DNA from: Rebecca billardiae RCC1528
Lineage: Eukaryota; Protista; Haptophyta
DNA length: 64,000 bases
Assembly (NCBI GenBank): GCA_965240325.2
Contig: OZ251232.1
Coordinates: forward strand, 2,294,001 to 2,358,000
Reading direction: 5' to 3'
The notes under the pieces were generated by a model. It searched no databases and was not told the origin of the DNA. It was given only the letters and a program-made list of their open reading frames with translations. The position numbers and the translations under genes are program-made. This document shows, one piece after another, positions 47,324 to 58,612 of this stretch. The first letter of the stretch is position 1. Each line of letters begins with the position of its first letter.

Positions 47324-49024
47324 GGGGGGCCAAAGTGGCACTGTGACGTGACTGACGGCTACGAGCGCTGGTCCTAGCGAGTGTTTAGCGCTGAATTGGG
47401 GCTGGATCATATGCCCTCTGGAGGGGTCTGGGCCAGCCAAGTAAAAAAATCAGGTGCACATACCCTGAATATAGGGCGTAACGGCTAGCATATTTACTTA
47501 TTAGAATGAGCCTGAACTTATTGGAAACGGCATGTAACGGCTGTCTTATATGTGACATATAGACCATGTCGACTTCACTTTGATAGAGCATCTCGGCGAG
47601 ATCGTTCTGAGTCCCCAGCAGCAGCAGGTCCCAACATGCGATATAGGCTGTGTACTGGCAGGCTGTCAAACACGTAGTTTCCCGGAAGCCACTCTGGTCG
47701 TTACATACCCACCGTGTATATAGACGCCATGCTGATGAATACGAGAGCCGCGAGATACGTTTTCAGACTGTGTATACGGCCATGCGTACGGCGTATTGCA
47801 GACATAGTAGACCCAAAGCACCGGCCCCATGTCCTCAGCTCGGGAGTACTCTCGGTCATAATCAAGGTTTAAAGTCACTCGAGCCAACCGTCACCGCTCC
47901 ATGGCCGAGACCTACGAGGCAGGTCAAATCTGTCGTCGTCGCAGCGCGGCACAGTGCCGAGCATGCGATTCGGCAGCAAACGCCTGCTCCAGGTGGTGGC
48001 TGGCGTCTCTGCACCAAACCAGGCCGGATGGGATCGGTCCATATATGTACGCCCTACCCTGTTCCGCGCTATTTCTGGGCGTTGGGGCGGATATTCGGCC
48101 TACAGAGGCTGATCCGGCGCTGTTCGGCGCTCCTGGCTGGCTGCGCGGAGCCCAATGGCAAGCGCCGGCGTGTGCAAGGTGTCAAGATTGAGACGGTCTC
48201 TGACGCTCCCGCCGGTCTTGGGCGCACCACGGTGCATTGAGGCCCATCTGCGTCTGCTTCTGCAGGCATGCGCGTCACAGGGGCGCGCTTGTAGGCACGG
48301 TCGAGTGCACGTCGGATCTGTCGAATGAGCCATCCGCTGCCTGCGAGCACGTCCGCGACGTCCTGAGAGGCGAATGGGAGGCGCCCCGACGCCATCTGGG
48401 GGCACGCGTGACCCATACCCAACGTGCTGACCATCGCAAGTGCCACGGCAGGTGCAAACACGGGCCCTACGAGCGGAACATGACAGTTGCGGGCTCCGCG
48501 GAGGTGTTGCGCGCGAGCTCGCGCCGGTCTGCTGACGGCGATTCCGGCGCAGCAGGGCAGGTTAGGCGAGCTGGGCATCCACGGATACACATGAACACTT
48601 GGGGCGAGCATCGATCTCGCCGGGGCGAGTTGATCTTGAGCCACAAGGAGGGGTAGCGTGACGGGCGTACGCAGCGCAGCAATTCAAGCCGGCCGACGCG
48701 CGCCGCGCACGGCGCGAGGTGGCCAAGAACCGGGTGGTGAGCCGCTGGTGGCGCAAAGACAAGGGTCAGAAGCGCCCACCAGCGTCACGCGCGCGCGCTC
48801 CCGAGACCATCTCGGCGTATCATGGGACGCGAGCGCGCGGCGGTCCACTGCCTCCGGCCGCTCGCTCGAGCGGAACCGAGCTCTCAGAGCGCCCGAACGC
48901 GTCGGAGCTCGATTTTCGAGCGAGGTCCGAGAAAAAGGCTCCGCGCCACCCTAAAATGCCGAGGGAGGAGCGAAAATGCGCCGCGGCTTTGATTTTCTTT
49001 TTTAAATGAGCGGTTTGGCCCCCC
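47324..49024 (-). mobile_element. Family 'GGGGGGCCAAA' transposon, copy B (1,701 bp)
   Basis: Same TIRs as copy A; TA flanks at 47322-23 and 49025-26; collinear with the reverse complement of 22624-24335. Confidence 0.92.
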
Positions 49025-49101
49025 TATATATATACGGCCCCTAATATATATATATATATATATATATGTGCCATGCTGCTTACGTATGCGGGCTACGCCG
49101 C

Positions 49102-51473
49102 TCAGCCGGAGAAGTGCAGCGTGCCCGACGACCGCGTGACGGACGTGGAGCGGCCTCGTCGCCCGCCGCCGATCTTGATCTCGCTCTCGAGCTGCTCGAA
49201 GCGCTCCGCGAGCTCCTTCATCTTGTAGTACCCGGACACTCGCTCGTAGAGCGCGACGCCGACGAGCAGCGTGCCGACCGAGAAGACGGTGCGGATGAGG
49301 AAGCGCAGGTCGATGGCGCCCTCGGTGAGCCAGCACACCGACTGCGCGGTGGGCGTGGTTGGCGCGGCGGCGCGCGAGGCGGGGGCGCGCGCGCGTGAGC
49401 GGCGCGGGCGCCGGATCCGCCCGCGCGCGCGACACGCGCCGCGCGCGCCACGCACATCGGTGCACTGCGGCTGCTGCTGCTGCTGCTGCGCAGCCGTCGC
49501 GGGCGCGAGCGGCAGCACTGGCTGGGGCTGGGCGGGCAGCGGGGCGGCTGTGTTCAGCGGCGCGGGGAGCACGCCGACGCCCGCGCCGACGCCGACGCCG
49601 CCAGCGGCTGCGGCTGGCTGCGGCTGCGCGCGCGCGGGCGTCGCGGGCCGCGGCTGCACGGTCGGCGCGGGCTGCGCGGCGGGCCGCGCGCTCGGCACAG
49701 GCTGCGCCGCGCGCGCCGGCGCGCCGGCGGGCCTGGACGGCTGCGGCTGGCGCGCCGGCGCGACGGGCCGCCGCTCGCGCGGCGGCGCCTCGGCGGCGGG
49801 CTGCGGCCGCGCCGGCCGCAGCACCGGCGCCGCCGCCGGTCGCTTGACGGCGACGTCGGCGGCGGCGGGCAGCGCGGCGTCGTCGTCGATGGCCGCCCGG
49901 GGCAGCGTCGCCTCCGGCGGGAGCGGGACGCGCGGCAGCGGCGCCGCCGGCCTGGGGTGGTGCACGTGCTTCGGGGGGCTCACGAACTTGACCCCCTCGG
50001 ACGCGGCCGCCGGGAGCCGGCCGTACGTCGGCGGCAGCGCCTCGTCCTCGCGCTTGGCCCGAAGGAGTGTCTCTGCGGACGCGCCCTTGCACAGCCAGTC
50101 TTTCTGCAGCTTGCCAAAGGACCAGAACCACACGGCGTTGTGGCACGCCTGCTGCATCCCCTCGCGGAACGTCTGCAGGTGCGCGCGCGTCATCGCCGCC
50201 TGCAGCGCCACGTACCGGCTGGTGTCGTGCCGCGCGGCCACCGCCTCGCCGATCGCCTTATTCAGGCCGGACGAGTTTTCAAACGTGATTTGGCCGCGCA
50301 GGCCGTACGCATCGGCGGCGGGGCGCCAGATGACGAGCGGGCGCTCGAAGGCGAGGGCGAGGGCGACGGAGGAGCTCAGCTTGCCGTGCGTCAGGTACCG
50401 CGGGTCCGCGTACTCGTCGAGCATCGGCAGCACGAAGTCCGTCTCCATCCCCACCTGCAGGCCCTCGTCCCACGAGCCCTCTCGATGCCGAAAGCGCATG
50501 TGTTGCGGCCGGAGCTTGCCGCTGCGCAGGATGCGCTGGAGCTTGCCGAACTTGACGGCGGACTCGCCGGCCCAGACGAGGCCGAAGGCGGTGACCTGGA
50601 TGTCCGACGGCGGCCGGAGGAAGCGCAGGCTCTCCCAGTTCTTCTGCCGCATGTTGATCGACGAGAAGGACGCGAAGTTTACGCGGCCGGTGTGCGCGTG
50701 CGCGGCCGCGCGCGCATGCTCCTCCGCCTTGCGCCCGATGTGCGCGGGCACGAAGAAGGCGGGGCGGAGCGTGGTGGGCGCGCCCGCCGAGGTGTGGATG
50801 CCGACGTGCTGCAGCGCCACCGCGCTCGCGTTGCGCACCTGCTGCGCGTGCACGAACTCGTACGCCGCGCGCGTGAACGTCACCGTCATCAGCGGCTTGC
50901 CGAAGTGCGCCTCGGAGCGGCGCACGCCGCGCCACAGGCAGTCTGGGACGTTGTGGCAGCCGCAGATGACAGGGACCTGCGTGCGGCGCGCCATGCCGAA
51001 GAGCCACTCGAAGCGCTGGCGCGAGTGGTCGGTCTCGAGCGGGTGCGGGTCGCACGTCTGCACGAGCACGAAGAGCAGCTTCGCGTCCGCCGCGAGGCAC
51101 TGCGCCTCCTTCTTCTTCCGCACGACCGTCAGCCGCGGCTCCGCGTCAAAGGCCAGCAGCTCGTCCATGCCGACGCGCGCCGACATGTTGAGGTGGTGGA
51201 CGGTGGCGGCGTGGACGTAGACGTGCGGCGCGCCGAGCGAGAGCGCGAAGCGCACCGACGCGGGCAGCACCTCGATGTGCCAGCCCAGCGGCTCGATCAC
51301 CATCCCGAACGGCGTGGCCGCGGGCGCGCCGCACTCCTTGGGTGTGGGCGGCGGCGGCAGCGGCTTGGGCGGCGCCGGCGTGAGCAGTTGCTTTGTGTCG
51401 AGCGCGGCGCGCGCGCCGAGCGCGGCGGCGCACTTGGCGCCGCCCGTGTCCGCCGTGCCCGGCGTGCCGTGCG

Positions 51474-51504
<31 letters not shown>

Positions 51505-52219
51505 CGCCGAGCGCTGGCAGATGTGCTCCCGCTGCAGCGCGCCGTACCCCCAGAACCAGCGGTCGTTGAAGCACGCGAGCGAGGCGGCGTACCGAAAGCG
51601 CAGCCGGTGCGTCTGCGCCATGGCGGCCTGGAGGATGGCGTAGGCGGTGGCGTTGTGCCGCGCGGCGACCGCGGCGTCGAGCGCGTCGGCGAGCCCCGCC
51701 GAGTCCGCGTACGTGATCTGGTGCTGCAGCCCGTACCGCACCGCCACCGGCCGCCACAGCACCATCGGCCGCTCGAGCGCGAGCGCGAGCTCCACGTCGC
51801 GCGAGAGCTCGCGCTCGGCGAGGTGTGCAGCGTCGGTGCGCTCGTCGAGGATGGGCAGGACGAAGTCGGCGTCGCGCCCGATCGTCAGCCCCCCGTCCCA
51901 CGTGTCGTCCGACTGCGAGAAGATCGCCAGCCGCGGCCGCTCCTTGAACGTGTGCAGGAAGTACTTCTTGAGCGCCGTGAAGTTGCGCTTGTAACGGTGG
52001 TGCACCGGCGCGAACACGGAGAAGCCGATCGGTCGCTTGGGCCGCGCGCTGCGCAGCATGTCCCAGTGCCACCTGGAGAAGTCGGTGCCGGAGAAGATGG
52101 CGAAGCGCACGCGCACGCGCCCCACCCACACGCGCCGCTTCGCCTCGTCCTCGATGCGCCCGCCAAACTGCGCGGGCAGAAGCCACGCGGGCCGCAGCGG
52201 AGGGCCGGGCAGCCGCGGC

Positions 52220-52254
<35 letters not shown>

Positions 52255-52908
52255 CCGCTCGGAGGCGTCGGTCGGCTCGGCGGCGCCGCCGCCGCCGCCG
52301 CGCGCCGCCACGTGCAGCGCGCTGTACACCGAGCGCGCGTACGCGAGCGGCAGCAGCGGCCAGCCGAACCGCGCCTCGAGCTTGCGCACGCCGTCGACCA
52401 GGCAGCCGGGCGCCGCCTGGCAGCCGCACACCGTCGGCACCGGCGGCCCGAGCGAGTGGTCGAAGAGCCAGGCGAAGCGGCGCTCGAGCAGGCCGGGCTG
52501 GAGAGGGTGCGGGTCGCACGTCTGCGCGATCGCGAGCAGCAGCCGCGGGTGCGCGCGCAGGCAGCGCGCCTGCGCCTCGCCGACGACCGTGAGGCGCGTC
52601 TCGAGCCCGAGCAGCTCGAGCGAGACGTTGTGCTCGTGCAGCGCCTCGGCGCGCTGGCGCGGGCCGAGCGGCGGGAGGATGGGCGCGTGCACGTACACGT
52701 ACGCGTGCGCCGCGCCGAGCGACGCCGCGAAGCGCGCGGACGCCGCCACCATGCCGACGTTGGCCGCGTGCGGCTCGACGATTAGCGCAAACGGCGTGCA
52801 CAGCGGCTCGGAGCACGGCGGCTCGCGGCCGGTGGGTTGCTCGGCGGCGGCGAGCGCGACGAGCGCCGCCGTCAGCGCCAGCCGCCGCGCGACGCCGCCC
52901 GGGCGCAT
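49102..52908 (-). CDS. Type-I membrane protein with two tandem GT-B (glycosyltransferase-like) domains
   Basis: Signal peptide; two ~400-aa homologous domains (QTCDPHP, CGC, DFVLP.LDE, ALA.ERP.V.WRP..YGL..QI); Pro/Ala linker; probable intron at 49455-49342; C-terminal TM and short coiled coil. GT-B assignment is inferred. Confidence 0.7.
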
Positions 52909-53414
52909 CGTCGACGTGCGCGCGTGCGCTGCCGGCGCGCCAATCATCACGTTACAGTCTGCCGCGCGACGAAGAGGGTCGCCGTCTCGTCGTCAGGTCG
53001 TCGACCGAAGTGAAATGTGTCATCACCTGTACACCGCCCGGCCGGGGGCGCGCGGCCGTACCCGTTCAAACTCCTTGACTTGCAGCGCAAAGGGTCCGGA
53101 TCTCGATTCTCGATCTCGCGCGCGGGGAGCTCAAGCCCTCTAATATGAAGTGACGTCCTGTATTGATGTTCGTATGGGGCAAGTTGTATGGGGGTAGGGT
53201 AATAATGCCGGTTCGCTCAAGTCGCTCACAGGATCCGCCCACTTTCGTGGTGGTTGGGTTCGTCAAATCCATCATCAAATTGGCATGCGCATCTGATGCG
53301 CTCCTATAAAAGGGCGCGTAAAATACCCACCCATCAGAACGAACACTTTTCGCTCCAGAGCGCACCCTGCTCTGTCCGCTGCTCGGTCCGACCGCCCGAG
53401 ACGAACACAACACG

Positions 53415-54806
53415 ATGCCCCGCCGCTCATCCGCCGCGTGTCCCATCCCCCGGGTCGTCGTCGGCGTGCCGCTGCTGGCCCTGCTCGCCCTGTGCGGCAG
53501 TGTAGCCCGATCGCAGCCGACGCAGAGCTGCCACCTGTCTGCCTCCGCCCCACCTCTGCATGGGCGCGACGCGTGCGCGCGCGAGACGCGGCCCGAGGAG
53601 ACGGCTGGCGCCGGACCAAGCGCCGCTCATCCCACGGAAGGCGAGCCGAGCGCTGCACCGCCCGACGCGTGCGCGGTCTCGGGCATGCGCTGGCTCCTTC
53701 TCAAGGCCCTCCCTGCCGTGGCGTACGGTTGCCTCTGTTGCGCCGCGCTCGTGGCGCACGTGCTCATCCGCCGCGCCGTGGGCTCCGAAAACGCCTCGGG
53801 GCTCGTCTTCGCGTGCGTCCTCCTCCCCGCCGCGGCGGCCTGCTGGCTCGCGCGAGGCTCGGGGGGCTACGTCGCAATCAGCATGGGCGGCGTGCCCGCG
53901 GACCCGGGCATCCGCACGCTCGCGCTCGAGGTGGCTGCCACGGTGGGCGCGCCCGCGCCGCGCGAGGTCTACGTGATCCCCAAGCGTGAGCCCAACGCCT
54001 TTGCGGAGGGCTTCGACGGCAACACGGCCGTTGCCGTCACCCGCGGCCTCGTGAGCGCCCTCACGGTGCGCGAGCTGCGCGCCGTGCTGGCCCACGAGAT
54101 GGCGCACATCAAGCACGGCGACGTGTCCCGAAACATGCACGTGGCATTCGTCGTGGCGGGCCTCGGCGGCCTCTGGCACGCGGGCAAGTACGTGCTGGAG
54201 CTCGACCGCGAAGGCTGGGCGCCGCGCGCCGTGTGGGGCAACGCCACGGACGAGGGCGGAAGCCTGGCCGCCCTGGGCCTGGGCCTCTGCGGCGCCGGGG
54301 TCGCGACGCAAGCCCTCGCGCACGCGCTCCGACTCGCCGCGAGCCGCGCAGCGGAGCTCGAGGCCGACCGGACGGCGGCCGAGGCGTATGGCAGCGACGC
54401 CATGGCCTCCGCCCTCGCCAAGGTGAGCGCCGGCGCGCGCGAGCACGACGACCTGCGCGCGAGCATCCTCGGCCGGCTGGTCTCACACGCGATGATCAGC
54501 AACGGCCACCACCTTCTCTTCGAACCTGACCAGGAGGACTTGGAGGCGCCGCACAGTCCGTCGCTGCTGGAGCGCGGGCTGACGTCCGCCCTGCGCCTCG
54601 TGGCCACGCACCCGCCCTTCGAGCAGCGCATCGCGGTGCTGCACGCCAGCCCCCGCCCAGGGCGGCACTACGCGGCAGTGGCTGGCGCAGCCGCCCCTTC
54701 CTTCTTCAGTGCAGGCTCGTCCGCCATCAACTCCAACGAAGACATGGCTGCGTCCTGGCTGCAGTCGCCGTGGTCGTCACTCCCGCGCATCCTTCGGCCA
54801 ATCTAG
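53415..54806 (+). CDS. HtpX-like M48 zinc metalloprotease
   Basis: PNAFAEG, VAVTRGL, ELRAVLAHEMAHIKHGD, ASRAAELEAD, ATHPPFEQRI; TM segments; N-terminal extension. Confidence 0.92.
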   Translation: MPRRSSAACPIPRVVVGVPLLALLALCGSVARSQPTQSCHLSASAPPLHGRDACARETRPEETAGAGPSAAHPTEGEPSAAPPDACAVSGMRWLLLKALPAVAYGCLCCAALVAHVLIRRAVGSENASGLVFACVLLPAAAACWLARGSGGYVAISMGGVPADPGIRTLALEVAATVGAPAPREVYVIPKREPNAFAEGFDGNTAVAVTRGLVSALTVRELRAVLAHEMAHIKHGDVSRNMHVAFVVAGLGGLWHAGKYVLELDREGWAPRAVWGNATDEGGSLAALGLGLCGAGVATQALAHALRLAASRAAELEADRTAAEAYGSDAMASALAKVSAGAREHDDLRASILGRLVSHAMISNGHHLLFEPDQEDLEAPHSPSLLERGLTSALRLVATHPPFEQRIAVLHASPRPGRHYAAVAGAAAPSFFSAGSSAINSNEDMAASWLQSPWSSLPRILRPI

Positions 54807-55024
54807 ATTCAAAACGAGTATTGCGCGCGCAGATCATATCATCATCATCGGCATGATGCTGCCATTATTAATTGCCATCAGCAGACATCTGCATACGACC
54901 GCATGCATGCGCGCAGCATGAGCATAATAATATTATAACGCAATATAAAAGTCGTATTTGCTGTCATCGTATTTTTACATATATATATATATATATATAT
55001 AATATGATGAAGCTGATATGATAC

Positions 55025-55132
55025 ATATATAACGACGTGGCAGCATCGGACAAGCGTCAGGCTCAGAGTGCAACAGACACATATAGAATGCGTCCGCGCC
55101 TTCCGTCCAGGTCAGACAGTGCGCCACCCGCA
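55025..55132 (+). repeat. Short dispersed repeat, copy 2
   Basis: See 47196-47320; both copies start at a TA run. Confidence 0.85.
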
Positions 55133-55607
55133 GCCCTGCCGGCTGCCCCCCTACGGGAGCGGGGCCGAGATGGAGCACCGCCTCGGCCTGGGGCACGCGG
55201 CGGCGACGGCAGATGCCGCCGCGGCCGAGCGCCTTCCGGAGCACTTGGATGAGGGTGAGGTCGTAGTCGATGTCGCCGCCCGCCGACCTAGCGGCGAGCA
55301 GCTCCGGCAAGCGGCAGCCGCGGCTGTCGCCCCCGTGCGCCCGCGTGGGCGCCTGGATGAGGATGAGGTCGTAGTACGCGTCGCCGCGCGCCGGCCAAGC
55401 GGCGCGCAGCTGCAGAAGAGGGGCTATACATATATATATGACGAATAATAATATGATACCAATATACATATTCACTCTTAATGCCATCTGATACCAGTCA
55501 GTCGGAATATAGTTACTCGGTTAGTATAGTCGTCGTCGTAATTTATAATTATTAATAATAACAATATAATAAATCGGCGCCCGCCGGCGAATAACTGCCG
55601 CGCCGCG

Positions 55608-57341
55608 TCACAAGTCAATAGCAGTCGCGGCAGCGGCAGCCCTCGGCATCGCAGCCGGCGCGTCGGGCGGACCGTCGGCCGCCGGCCCGGCGCCGGGCGC
55701 GGCTCCGCCGTCGAGCGCGGTCGGGCCGCGGGCGGCGACCGCGCCCGCGCTGCCGCCCGCCGCGCCGCGGCACAGGTGCTTGCGCTGCAGCGCGCCGTGC
55801 GACCACAGCCAGCGCGCGTTGCCGCCGGCGCACGTGCGCGCCAGCCCGGCGCGGAACGAGTCGGCGTGCGCCTCCGCCATGGCCGCCTGCAGCTCGGCGT
55901 AGCGCGTGCGGTTGTGCCGCGCGGCCACCGCCTCGTTCACCGCCGCCCCAAACCCGGCCGAGCCCGCGTACTCGATCTGTCCTCGCAGCCCGTACGCCTC
56001 TGCGGCGGGGCGCCAGATGACGAGCGGGCGCTCGAGCGCGAGCGCGAGCGCGATCGCGGAGCTCAGCTTGCCCTGGCTCAGGTACCGCCCGTCCGCGCGC
56101 TCGTCGAGCATCGGCAGCACGAAGTCGGCCGCGCGGCCAACGGCGAGCCCGACCGACCACGGCCCGTCGGCGTGCGAGAAGAGAACGCGGCGCGGCCGCT
56201 GGGTGAAGGTGTGCAGGAAGTGCTTCTTGAGCGCGGTGAGGCCGTGCTTCGAGCCGCGCACCACGAACCCGAACACCGTCAGCCCCACCGGCGCCGGCGG
56301 GTCCACCTGCCGCAGCGCGCCCCAGTTCTTGCTGCGGAAGTCGACGCTGCTGAACGCGGCGAAGCGCACGCGCGCCGTGCGCTGCGCGGCGCGCGCGCGC
56401 GCCTCCGCCTCCACGCGCGCGCCGAGGTGCGCGGGCGTGAACCACGACGCGCGCGGCGCGCCGCCGCCGGCCGAGCCGCCGCCCGGCCCGGGCGGCACGG
56501 ACACGCCGCCGCCGCCGCCCGGTTTCGTCGGCTTCGTCGGTTTCGTCGCGTTCGAGTCCTGCTGCTCCCGGACAAATTCGTACGCGACGCGCGTGAAGGC
56601 GAGCGGCAGGATCGGCGCGGCGTACCGCGCCTCGAGCGGGCGCACGCCGCGCCACAGGCAGCCGGGCACGTTGTGGCAGCCGCACAGCGCGGGCGCGCGC
56701 GCCGCGCCGCGCCCAGCGCCCAGCGCCCAGTCGAGACGGCGCGCCGCCGCCGCCGCGCCGCCCGCCGGGTGCGGGTCGCACGTCTGCACGAGCACGAAGA
56801 GCAGGCGCGGGTCGGCGGCGAGGCACTCGGCCGCGCGGCGCTTGACCACCGTGAGCCGCGGCTCCGCGCCGAACGAGAGCAGCTCGTCCATCCCCACGCG
56901 CGCCGTCATGTTCTTCGCGCGCACGCGCGCCACGTGGACGAAAACGTGCGGCGCGCCGAGGCCGAGCGCGAAGCGCACGGACGCGGGCAGCACCTCGACG
57001 TGCCAGCCGAGCGGCTCGAGGAGCAGCGCGAACGGGCCGCGCGCCACCGGCTCGGCGCACGGCGCCTCCGCCGCCGCCGCCGCCGCCGCCGCCGGAGCGA
57101 GCGCGCTCGCGGCGCGCGCGGCGAGCAGCGCGAGCGCGAGCGGCGCGGCGCGGCGGCAGCCGCCGGCCGCGCGGCGGAGGCCGGGCGGCGCGGTGCGGCT
57201 CGCGGGCGCGAGGGCTGCCGCTCGGCCGGGGGGCTGTCCGACGACCCCGTCGGGGCGAGCCCCAAGCCGGCCAGCCCCGTGCCCCGCCCCTCGCCGCCGC
57301 GCACGACGAGCGCGCGTGCGGAGGGCCAGGGCCGCCGCCAT
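55608..57341 (-). CDS. Single-domain paralogue of the GT-B-like protein
   Basis: EPLGWHVEVLPASVRFALGLGAPHV, QTCDPHP, CGCHNVPGCLWRGVR, DFVLPMLDE, GKLSSAIALALALERPLVIWRP; start codon uncertain. Confidence 0.72.
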   Translation of the reverse strand: MAAALALRTRARRARRRGAGHGAGRLGARPDGVVGQPPGRAAALAPASRTAPPGLRRAAGGCRRAAPLALALLAARAASALAPAAAAAAAAEAPCAEPVARGPFALLLEPLGWHVEVLPASVRFALGLGAPHVFVHVARVRAKNMTARVGMDELLSFGAEPRLTVVKRRAAECLAADPRLLFVLVQTCDPHPAGGAAAAARRLDWALGAGRGAARAPALCGCHNVPGCLWRGVRPLEARYAAPILPLAFTRVAYEFVREQQDSNATKPTKPTKPGGGGGVSVPPGPGGGSAGGGAPRASWFTPAHLGARVEAEARARAAQRTARVRFAAFSSVDFRSKNWGALRQVDPPAPVGLTVFGFVVRGSKHGLTALKKHFLHTFTQRPRRVLFSHADGPWSVGLAVGRAADFVLPMLDERADGRYLSQGKLSSAIALALALERPLVIWRPAAEAYGLRGQIEYAGSAGFGAAVNEAVAARHNRTRYAELQAAMAEAHADSFRAGLARTCAGGNARWLWSHGALQRKHLCRGAAGGSAGAVAARGPTALDGGAAPGAGPAADGPPDAPAAMPRAAAAATAIDL

Positions 57342-57472
57342 CGTTGGGCAGAAGCCCTCTCCGGCTTTTTGAGTTTTCGACAAGCCGGTCGGCGGTGGCA
57401 GTGGCAGCATGGCCGCCGATGGGTGTCCTGTGCGCTGCTCGTGCCCCTCGGCTGTCGCGCGCCGTCTTGCGG

Positions 57473-58612
57473 ATGGCGCCGCTTCTCGCAGCGCTCCTCT
57501 CAGCGACGCGGTGCGCGATCGCCGAGCTGCCGCCGCCACGCCCATCGCCCTACGCCTGGCCGCGCGAGCAGACGGATGCACACACCGGCGCGCGACTGCG
57601 CGCCATCGCCGACGCGTACGCCAACGCGACGCGCCGGCCGTGCGCGTCGTCCATACCCGCCGTCGTGGGCGCGGGCTGCACGAGCCAGCTCCCGGCCCGC
57701 TGCACGCCACCGGCGATCGCGCTCGACGCGGCCTTTGAGGCGCGCGTGTGGCGCGAGTGCTGGGGCGCGATGGGCATGCTCGCGGTGCCGCAGCGCAGGC
57801 CGATGCGCGCGCGGCAGCTGCTGCAGAGGGCGCAGGGCTTCGTGCGCCTGTCCGCGGCGAAGCGCGAGGCGGAGCGCCCGCTGCTGCGCGACCTCGCCGC
57901 GCGCCCGCCGCGCCGCTTCGCCGAGTGCGCCGTCACGTCCGGACTCTACCCGGCCAACGAGTCAGACATCCCGGCGCTGGACAGGAGGCTGACGCGCACG
58001 CGCGGGCCGCTGATCCGGCCCAACCACATGTGCCGCGAGTCGATCCGACCGCGCGCCTCGCCGGGCAAGCGGCCGCCGTACCACCGCCGCCTCGTGGACA
58101 TCAGCGTGATCAACGGCGGCGTCAACTCGAGGCGGGTCTGCGGCCCTTGCAACGTGGAAGTGGCGGCGCCGCGCACCGGCCTCGCGCTGGTCGTGCGCCC
58201 GCTCGGCACGCAGACGTACCTCGACGCGGGGAAGTGCCTCAACGCGAGCGAGCCCGAGCTCTCGATGAGCGTCACGTCGGCCGCGACGATGCGGCTGGCG
58301 CTCGTCCTCTCGGCCGCCTTCTCGGAGCGCGACGTCTTGCTCTACCCGCGCGCCGACCTGCAGCTGACGCCGCAGGCCTCCACCGGCTTCCTTGCGGTTG
58401 TGTTCGCGCTGCTGCACTGCGAGCGCGTGGTGCTGTACGGCTTTGGCGGGCCGGTCGAGGTGGAGGGCCACCTGATGGGCGGCTCGCACGACCTGCTCGC
58501 CGAGCGGCGCGCGGTCGCCGCGCTGAGCGTGCCCAAGCACCAGTCGCGCAGCCGGCTCGTGCAAGAGGTGCTGATGGCCACCGGCGCGCAGTCCGTACAG
58601 CTCGTCTTCTGA
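57473..58612 (+). CDS. GT29 sialyltransferase-like protein
   Basis: Degenerate sialylmotif L (CAVTSG...LIRPN), motif S (ASTGFLAVVFALLHCERVVLYGFG), motif VS (HDLLAE); N-terminal hydrophobic anchor; start at 57473 or 57419. Confidence 0.8.
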   Translation: MAPLLAALLSATRCAIAELPPPRPSPYAWPREQTDAHTGARLRAIADAYANATRRPCASSIPAVVGAGCTSQLPARCTPPAIALDAAFEARVWRECWGAMGMLAVPQRRPMRARQLLQRAQGFVRLSAAKREAERPLLRDLAARPPRRFAECAVTSGLYPANESDIPALDRRLTRTRGPLIRPNHMCRESIRPRASPGKRPPYHRRLVDISVINGGVNSRRVCGPCNVEVAAPRTGLALVVRPLGTQTYLDAGKCLNASEPELSMSVTSAATMRLALVLSAAFSERDVLLYPRADLQLTPQASTGFLAVVFALLHCERVVLYGFGGPVEVEGHLMGGSHDLLAERRAVAALSVPKHQSRSRLVQEVLMATGAQSVQLVF

